Below are positions 52,621 to 64,000 of a stretch of DNA of 64,000 bases, one piece after another. The DNA is from the human T2T-CHM13v2.0 reference genome, Homo sapiens. Within the stretch, counting starts at the first letter, position 1. Every line of letters starts with the position of its first letter. Made by a program: the position numbers and the translations under genes. The notes under the pieces are model-generated. The model saw only the letters and a list, made by a program, of their open reading frames with translations. It did no database searches and was not told the origin of the DNA. The stretch lies in NCBI RefSeq assembly GCF_009914755.1, contig NC_060941.1, one strand, 5' to 3'.

Positions 52621-54289
52621 GGATTTGATGTAAACCACACGAAGAATCAACACAAGTATAATCATAATGATTGTTGCAGCTAATAATTCATTAGAGAAGT
52701 GATTATGTTAACAACAGAAACGTCACAGTTGATTGACTACTGATTGCATTCACATGAAGGTCCAGTACTTTTGTTGGTGTAATATTGCCCTCTGATCTTT
52801 TACAAAATCTGGGATCTGAATCATTCACATCTTGAGCTGTACCCAGGAAGTTACATGCTACATTCACATTTCCAATGGTTAAAAAAAAAAAAAAAAAAAA
52901 AAGGTATCTTCTAGCCACATCTTTCCCTCTTTTAAGACAGTTCCCGAAGTTCTTATTGTCATTTGCATTTCATTTCCATGGCTTTTAGTAAGCTTAGTAT
53001 TTTTGTTTCTTGTTTATCCGTCAGTTGATTCTTTCCCTGAGCCTACTTGGGCTACATCTACCTTCAGAGCCTTGGAGTTGTCCTAGAATCAAGAAAATGG
53101 GCTGAGAGGTAGGGGAAGGGGAAAGGTGAGGGGAAGGGAGTTCTGGGACCAGTTTCTAGGCCTGCCTGGGATCCAGCCATTTCCTATCCCCAGAGTTACA
53201 TTCCTTCCTTTCCTCAGCGCCCCTTCCTCTTGTGCAGAGCCTTTCTCCTAAGCTTGGCCCCTCTTCCCTAGGGCTGTTTACTCTGTCCAAGACCTTCTTC
53301 CCCAATCCTGCAACCTCAAGAGAAATCAAGCCAGAAGGGCAAATAACCCCAGCCATGGACCTGGCTCCCTGGGGCTGAGGGCACTTCAGGACAAGTGGTG
53401 AAGACCACGTCTCCCTTCTCCAAGCTTCAGATTTCACAAAACGAAACATACGTTTGCTCATTTTGCTCCAGTATCACAATGACTACTTTTAATTTGCATT
53501 TTGATGGCTTTTAGCTGGGAATGGACTTTCAACGAACTCATTTCTACCTGTAGGGTTGCTTATCTACTCCATGTGCTGTTAACAGTTAATGGAGATTCTA
53601 ATATTAAAAAGTCAAGCAGCTTTCCTTAAATGAGCCTACACCATTCAATTTTGCTCAATTGTCCAGGCTTTTTATTGTTTTTGTCATTTATTATTTCGTT
53701 CATCATTTAAAAAACAGAGCAAATTAAGAAGCTAAAAGCGCCTTGGCCTTTTCCTCCTCTTACTGTAACCGTAACTTTTGCTGCACACCATTGCTCTATT
53801 CCAGAGCAAGTTAAACATCTAATATTTAAAAAGCCAAAAAGAAACTTGTAGCAGAACAAAGATAGCTAAGAGGCAGCACACCTGGGGCTTTGTCTGCAAT
53901 GGGATATTTCTGTTGTCAGAATGTAATGAAAAATGATGTCCCATTAGAAAGCTGATGGATAATATATCACATATTACTCATTTGAGTATCAGGACCCAAG
54001 AAAACAAGATGAATTTATTTAAATTGCAATGTCCCTTGAAGCTTGTATGAGCTCTCTAAAGGGAAATACTTTTAAAGTTCTTATAAAGAGAGAAATTTAT
54101 AGCCAAGTGTGAAAAATGAAGTGCAGTTTTGAGGACCAGTTCCCATCCTGTCCCTTCCTGGGGAGCAAGAGGTGTGATGTTGATGGAGCAGTGATGAAAG
54201 CAGGGGGAATCATGGCAAACACCCGCTGTGTGATGATTAGATGCTAGGCAGTTTCCGTGCTGGGCATCGTATATTCCTTTCATTTGAGA

Positions 54290-54655
54290 AGTGGTATTGC
54301 ATAGTGGTTAGAAGCCTCAGTGTTGGACCCAGACTTCTAGGTTCAAATCCTGCCCCTTTTATATCCCAGTTGTATGACCTGGGACAGATTACTCAATGTT
54401 TGAGCATGGTATTTTTCTAGAAGGAATATGCAATTTAAAATAGCCATAGTTTCATATCCCTGCTCTACCACTTCCCAGCTGATGATCTTGGATAAGTTCC
54501 TTAAACTCTCTGACCTTTGTTTTCCTTGTTTACGAAGTGGAGATGATAATAGAGACTGCCGCATAGGACTGCTGGGAGGATTCACTCAGTTCACTTACGT
54601 AAGTTGCTTAGACTAGTACCTGGCATAGAGTAAGTGCCCAATAAATGTTTGCTAA
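54290..54655 (+). mobile_element. MIR relic(s)
   Basis: gcatagtggttagaagc...ggttcaaatcctgc...agtacctggcatagagtaagtgcccaataaatgtt. Other MIR relics occur near 4020-4220, 6390-6570, 7420-7680, 23200-23400, 29400-29620, 39640-39860, 42340-42530 and 43310-43490. Confidence 0.75.
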
Positions 54656-56800
54656 TTATATGAAATAGACATGATTTGCCCAAGTTTGGTTTTGATTTAT
54701 ATTTATGAAAAGTTATTTATCTGTGCAAATGAGGTGCTACCAAGAGGTAAGAGCATTCTTAGAACTCTGTTTTGAGCATTAGAAATTGTTATCAAGGACT
54801 TATTTCTGAGAACAGACCAGTGGATTGGTTGTTCCAACATTTATGGTTTCTTAGAACCTGAAGCTAAACCCGAATTCTGCTATCTTGATGACATTTTCAG
54901 CAGACAGGCTTCCCAGTTCATCTCTGTTTTCACCCACTTTCTCCTGACACCTGGCACCCAGGAGGCTGGGGAAAGTTGTTTGAACTTGAGTGCATACGTG
55001 ATCGAGAGCTTTGGCATCTGAGAGACCTGCCTTTTGTCCCTGCTCCCAGGTTGCTAATGCCACCTTGGCCTGACTCCGCCGTAAGCATCTGTGCTCTGCC
55101 TTAGAACCTCAAGTCAACCCCCTCATAATTAATCTGATTTTCCCCAGTCATAGACCATCGTCATCACACCTCGCCTGTCTCCTCAGAGAGTCGAGAAAGC
55201 CTTGGAAATTCTTCGACCCATTAGACAAGTCAGCCCAGAGGAACCCAGTCTGTCTACCTCTTGTGATTTGAAGCACATTGTCAGCTAAATAATCACATAA
55301 TCATAAATTCTAAAAAGTAAATAGCTACATTTTGCCTTATCTTGAAAATCCTCTAGAGCCACACTATCCCAATAGAATCTAAAGCTAGATGTCAGCACAG
55401 TGGTGGAATAGGAGCTTTCACCATCATTCCCCTGTAGACGCATCAATGTTGACAACTACCTATGGACAAGAGTGTCTTTGTAGGAGTCTAGGAGGCCAGC
55501 AGAGAAGTTTCAGAACACTGTTGGAGGAAAAACATCCACAAATAAACACATTGAAGAGGGTAGGAAGAACTAGTTTTACTTTATCTGTATTACCCCTCCC
55601 TCAAAGCAGCACTGCTCAGAGCCAAGAGAGACTCTCTCACCTGTAATTCCTTCTAAGGGGGAAAGCAAGAGCATAGTAAGTAAGCACCCAGCTCCCCCAG
55701 CCATCCACAACACTGCCCAAGAGCCCCACTTCTTTCTCACCTCACCCAGATTGCTGAGATAATCAGCATGGCTGAGAGATTGGGAGAGGCTGAGAGCAGG
55801 AAAGAGAAGCTGCTGGCCCTCTGAAGTGTTCTACAGACTCCATCAGGAAGCCCATCCACGAGCTGCTTGAGACACCTCATCTACTGTTCCCAAACTCTAC
55901 ACCCCCCACCCCCAGACTGAGTCCCTAAATGTGCCCCCATGGACAGTGAATGCAAGCGTATTATGTAGACAGCCAGCTCAACTCTGTGGGATTGGGAGAA
56001 GGTACACAAACTTGAGTATTTCAGGACACCATCCTAGGGAAAACAAACAGGAGGCTCTTAGCACCTAACCTAGCTTTGCAGGATTGAAAGAAGGCATGCA
56101 AAGTCAAGAATTAGCCCTCAAGAGGGAAAAAGAAATGTAGAGCAGGTGCATCCATAGAAAAGGATTAAGAAAGTCTCATTATCCATAGACAGGCTGACTG
56201 GTGAAGGCATTTCTCTCCTGATGCCAGTCAATAAGGATTGGAGGAGGAGATGACTGCCTCCTTCTTCAAATGTGAAGACAGCATTTGAAGCAACAAGACT
56301 TCAAAGGACAGCACTTCAAGGAACATGAAAAGTTAAGGAGCCATGACATCACAAAGGAACACAATATTCCAGAAAGCAACTACTAAAAAATGGAGATCTA
56401 AAAATGACCTGACAATTTAATTGTTTTAAGGAAGCTCAGAGAGCTAGCTACAAGAGGATACAGACAACAAAATCAGAAAAACAAGAGCTCAATAAAAAGA
56501 TTATAAATCATTTTTAAAAAGAACCAAACAGAAATTTTGGAGGTGAAGAATACAGTGAATGAAATGGAAAATTCAATAGAGAGTGACAACAGCAGATTTG
56601 ATCAAGTAGAAGAAAGAATCCATGAACTTAAAGACAGCTCATTTATAATTACCAAGTCAGAAGAAAACAGAAACAAATGAAAAGGAATGAAGAAAGCCTA
56701 TGGGATTTATGGGACAACATTAAAAGGGCTAACATTTGCATTGTGGAAATTCTAGAAGGGAAAAAGAGAAAGGGGAAGAAAGCTTATATAAAGAAATGAT

Positions 56801-57339
<539 letters not shown>

Positions 57340-57709
57340 AGATTAACAAAACTAAGAGTTGATTTTTTTGAAAACATAAACAAAATTGGTAAACCTTTAG
57401 CTAGACTAAGAAAAAAGAGAGAAGACCAATGAATAAAATCAGAAATGAAGGAGACATTGCAACTGATACTACAGAAATACATAAGATCATAGGAGACTAC
57501 TCTGAACTGTTACACACCAACAAATTGGATAACCCAGAAGATATGAATAAATTTCTAGAAACATACAACCTACCAAGACTGAATCATAAAGAAATAGAAA
57601 ATCTGAGTAGGCCAATAATGAGTAAGGAGGTGGAACCAGTTATCAAAGATCTCCCAGGAAAGAAAAGCCCAATGCCTACTGGCTTCACTGGTGAATGCTA
57701 CCAAACACT

Positions 57710-57975
57710 TTTTAAGAGACAAGGTCTCGCTCTGTTGCCCAGGCTAGAGTGCTGTAGCACAATCATAGCTCACTGCAGCTCAAACTCCTGGGCTCAAGCA
57801 ATCCTCCTGCCTCAGCCTCCTGAATAGGTGGGACTACAGGCATGCACCACCACACCCAGCTAATTTGTAGGGATGAGGTCTTGATGTGTTGCCCAGGCTG
57901 GTCTCAAACTCCTGGCCTCAACTGAATTCCTAGCCTCAAGGCTTGTCCTCCCTTTGCTGGGCCACTGTGCCCAGA
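57710..57975 (-). mobile_element. Alu (AluJ-like) in L1 ORF2 relic
   Basis: Antisense diverged Alu with TSD ctaccaaaca(c/t)tt. Confidence 0.88.
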
Positions 57976-60209
57976 CTCTACCAAACATTTAAATAAGAAT
58001 TAATACCAATCCTTCTCAAACTCTTCCAAAACACTGAAAGGGAAAGAACATGCCTGAGTTCATTTTATGGGGCCAGCATGGCCCTGATACCAAATCCAGG
58101 CAAGGACATGACAAGAAAATAAAATTAAAGGCCAATATATCCAATGAACAGAGATGCAAAAATTCTCAACAAAATACTATCAAACCAAATTCACCATCAC
58201 ATTAAAAGGATGATATGCTGTGATCAGGTGGGATTTATTCCTGTGATACAAGGATGGTTTAACATAAACCAATCAATGTGATACACAACATTAACAGAAC
58301 GAAGGATAAAAATTGTATGATTATTTTAATAGATGCAGAAAAAGGATTTGACAAAATTTAATGCCCTTTCAAAATAAAAACTCTCAACAAATTAGGTATA
58401 AAGGAATGTACCTCAACACAGTAATAGCCATTTATGACAAGCCCACAGCTAACATCCTGCTCTATGGTAAAAAGCTATAAGTTCTTTCTTTCAGATCATG
58501 AACAAAATGAGGATGCCCATTCTCTCCACTTCTATTCAACATAGTCCTGGAAGTTCTACCAATGCACCTAGGCAAGAAAAAGAAAAGGCATCCAAATCAG
58601 AAAGGAAGAAGTAAAATAGTCTCTGCAGATGACATGATCATATATATATATAGAAGACCTTAAAGACACCACCAAAGAACTTGTTAGAACTAATGAACAA
58701 ATTCAGAAAGTTGCAGGATACAAAATCAAAATACAAAAATCAGTTGTGTTTCTCTATGCTAACAATGAACTATTCAAAACAATATAAGAAAACAATTGTG
58801 TTTACAGTAGCATCAAAAAGAACGAAATACTTAAGAATAAATTTAACCGAGGAGGTGAAATATCTGTACACTGAAAAATAGAAAACACTGATGAAAGAAA
58901 TAATAATACCTAAATAAATGGGAAGATATCGCCTGTTCCTGGATTGGAAGAATTAATATTGTCAAAATGTTTGTACTACCCAAAGTGATCTACAGATTAT
59001 ACGTAATCCTTATCAAAATGCCAATTATTAGTATAATTTGTTTCCATAGAGGAAAAAATAATCCCAGAATTCGTATGAAGCCACAAAAGACCCTGAATAG
59101 CTAAAGTAATATGGAGCAAGAAGGACGGAGGTATCACACTTTCTGATCCAAATTATATTACACATCTATAATAATCAACACAGTATGGTACTGGCATACA
59201 AACTGACATACAAACCAGTAGAACAGAATAGAAAACCCAGAAATAAACCCCACACATACGTGGTCAACTATCTTTGACAAAGGCATCAAGGATACAGAAT
59301 AAAGCAAGGATAGTCTCTTGAATAAAAGGTGTTGGGAAAACTGGATATCCACATACCAAAAAATGAAATTGGATAGATGCATTTCGTAGCATATACAAAT
59401 GTCAACTCAAAATGGACTGAAGACTTAAATATGTAAAACCTGAAACCATAGAACTAGAAGAAAACATACTTGGGGGGAAAGCTTCATGACATTGGTCTTG
59501 ACAATGGTTTTTTGGATATGACACCAAAAGCACTGGCAACAAAAGCAAAAATAAAGAAGTGGTACTACATCAAACTAAAAAGTTTCTGCACAGCAAAGGA
59601 AACAAAGCAACAAAATTAAAAGGCAACCTGTGGAATAGGAGAAAATATTTGCAAACTGTATATCCAATAAGGGTTTAATATCCAAAATGCATAAGGAACT
59701 CATATAATACAACTCAAAGGCAAAAATAAAAAAGAAAACCCACAGATTTTAAAATGGGCAAAAGACCTGAATAGACATTTTTCAAAATAAGACATACAAA
59801 TGGCCAACAGGTAAAGGAAAAGGTGCTTAATGTTGCTTATCAGGGAAATTTAAGTCAAAATTGTCAAAATTATAATGAGGTATCCCTGCAGACCTGTTAG
59901 AATGGCAGTTATCAAAAAGTCAAAAGATAAGTGTTATTGAGGATGTGGAGAAAATGATATACACTGTTGGTGGGAATGTAAATTGGCATATCAGTTATGG
60001 AGAGACAGTATGGATGTCTCTTAAATACTTGAAAATAAAGCTACCATACGATCCAGCAGTCCTGATTCTGGGTATATATCCAAAGGAAATAAAAATCACT
60101 GTCCCAGAAGAGATATCTGTACTCTCAAGTTCCTTGCAGCATTATTCACAATAGCCAAGATATGGAAACAGTGTGTTCATTAATAGATGAATGCATAAAG
60201 AAAATGTCT

Positions 60210-60345
60210 GTCACATACATATCTCATTTATGTGTGTGCATATTCATATATATATATATACACACACACATATATACATGTAAAGGCTCAATTGTGTATA
60301 CACATATATGTATATGTGTGTATGTGTGTGTATATGTATATATAA
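60210..60345. repeat. (TA)/(CA)/(TG) compound low-complexity microsatellite within the L1
   Basis: Read directly from the sequence. Confidence 0.85.
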
Positions 60346-60816
60346 TTGAGTCTTTAAAAAGAAGAAACATTTGTAACGCATGGATGAACCTGGAGGACAT
60401 TATCATATTATCATCTAAGTGAAATAAACCAGACACAGAAACACAAATAGTGCATGTTTTCACTTATATGTGGAATCTTAAGAAAGTCAAACTCACAGAA
60501 ACAGAATAGAAGTGTGGTTACCATGGGTTGAGCAGGGTGTTGGAGGAATGAGGAGATGTTGGTTAAATACAAACTTTCAGCTTTAAGATGAGTAAGTTCT
60601 GGAGAGCTAATGTACAGCATGGTGACCAATAATAATAATGTGTTTTTATACTAGAAATTTGCTGAGTAGATCTTAAAGATTCTCACCACACACACACAAT
60701 GGTAACTGTAAAGTGACAGATATGTTAATTAGTTTGATTGTAGTAATCATTTCACAGTGGATATGTACACAAAACATCACATTGTATACCTTAAACAATG
60801 ACTAATACCATTTTGT

Positions 60817-62233
<1,417 letters not shown>

Positions 62234-64000
62234 TAAAACCTTTTTCTACATTTATAATCTCAGCAAAGTTAAAAAAAAAAAAAAACAGGAATAGGTTAAG
62301 TTCAGAACTGGGCTTGAATTTAAAATCCCCACTATTAACACCACCACTATTGATTTGGTTTCACTTAAACATCATCTTCTGTCCCATAAATTAGTGCTGT
62401 TATTTGGAAATGTGTCTATAACACTTCGCTCAATTTTAATTTGTATCTTTATTATAGCTTTAGAGTTGTTAGTGTACTAGTACATATATTAAGGCTTATA
62501 GTTATCTGTACATACATATTCTACTAACTCTATAATAAAATTTGTTAACACATGGAGCAAAAAAATAATCTCAAGCTAGCTTAACAATGGCTTCTGTCCA
62601 AACTAGACCCCCAGTAATATTGGGATGACTGAAGTCTCATGCAGAGAAATATGTGTGTCTTCACAGTTCTTATATTTGTGACCATTCAGAACTATATGAA
62701 GATATAAGCCAAAAGAAAATTGGTGATCTTGAATGAGCTGTTTTGTGAGGATTATAAGTCCAGATACTACAGGAAGTATCACCCTGGATTCAGATTGCCT
62801 GAAAAATCAAATGTGTATCTGTTTTTACTTATTCAAGAGAAATATTTTGAGATTATCCTTCTTACTAATTAACAAATTAATATGATCCAATTAAACTATA
62901 ATTAAGGTACTTAAATCAACAAAGATGAGACTCTGTTGCTAGGTTATATGTGGAAAGAGCAAGCAAGCATTTTTCTCTTTTATCAGAATTAGATTTTCCC
63001 AAAGCCTCCACTGTCTTTGAAGACTTTATCTAGTTCAGAATGCTCTCTTCCAGTTGGGGGAAAAATAAAACCACAAAACACAGTTCACTAGAGACCCTCA
63101 GATAAATTGTAGCTATTTGTTGATCTGATCAGCCCTGCCACGGTTACTATGGAAACCAGAGTACTTTCAGATGACCTTTTAGACACAAAACAAAAAAATC
63201 TATGTGCCCCAATATGCTCTCTGCTTTTTTGTCCCTAAATAGCTTACTTAATTACTTCCTTAACTGTGTGATGTTAAGGGGGAAAAAAATCTATAAAATG
63301 CACAGCAGTTGAAAGAGATATTTTAAGGCTTATCCTTCAGCTTTGTCTTAGAAGCAAAGTCTTAAACTGATATAGGAGACAGGTTAGTAGTAGAAATCAT
63401 TTTCAAACACTCATTAGATCACTGCCAACAGAGGTTAACCTGGCATTCAGCTGAGCAGACCCAAAGGAAGCAAGACAGCCTCTGAAAGCAACTGTACAGA
63501 ATTTCTCATGAGTCTGTAAGGGAGGGTGCATGCATTTATATTAGAGTGCTGGCAGCATGCTTTCAGTTTAATTTGTCTCGAGGAAATAATTTTGTTGGGA
63601 AACCAAAAAAGATTATGCATTCTAGTTGTCTGTCTAATGAATTCCTGAAACAGCATAAAAGCCCTGTGTCTTGTAGTTACAGGGATGGCCTTGTGGGTGG
63701 ATGTTGCTGGTTGAAGAAATATTAGTTAATATCACACAAGCCTGTTATTAAATGTTAGAGGCAGCTTTGCAAATGTCCCCAGGCCCTGGTACCCACAGGG
63801 GATGAGCAGGTACCAAGGGTGCCACCCTTCATTTACAGGAACTGGAAGGAGGGAAGACAGAGCCGATGTCCACTGGCACTAGCATGAACATGGCAGCTAA
63901 ACATTGGCACAAGTCTTCATGGCTCTATCTCAAGCACCTAAGAGGAAATTAAAGCCCCCTAAAATAAAATTAAGGGACCTAGAATAAGGGTGACACCAAA

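Noticed and set aside
57429-57827. 132-aa ORF resembling reverse-transcriptase-associated protein
   Set aside because: It is a fragment of a dead L1 ORF2 running into an antisense Alu, surrounded by stops and frameshifts.

Overview
Primate (most likely human) genomic DNA from inside PRKCA (protein kinase C alpha), with the gene on the + strand. The window holds four coding exons with canonical AG/GT borders that splice into one open frame, T134-E306: exon 5 (3441-3569, end of C1B and start of C2), and exons 6, 7 and 8 (45227-45383, 46418-46552, 47067-47163, rest of C2 and the V3 hinge). Exon and residue numbers are from recall and are self-consistent. Intron 5 is about 41.7 kb, and intron 8 runs past the end of the window. 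The remainder is intronic and repeat-rich: about 27 Alu-family elements, MaLR/ERV solo LTRs, hAT MITEs (MER5, MER58), a Tigger3-type element, MIR/L2 relics and two degraded L1s. Nearly all listed ORFs are Alu-derived or random. I saw no foreign or synthetic insert and no second gene. The most interesting candidates are RNA-processing features. (i) The exon 6-8 block has circRNA-prone architecture, and back-splicing would give a 389-nt circle almost filled by a 127-codon C2-domain ORF with a new C-terminus. (ii) Exon 7 is frame-preserving, weakly defined, flanked by a UG repeat and carries three Ca2+ ligands. (iii) A consensus 5' splice site is hidden inside exon 8. (iv) Candidate recursive splice points lie in intron 5. 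Several fold-back and templated local duplications are also visible. All functional claims are hypotheses. Repeat subfamily calls and borders were made by eye and are approximate.
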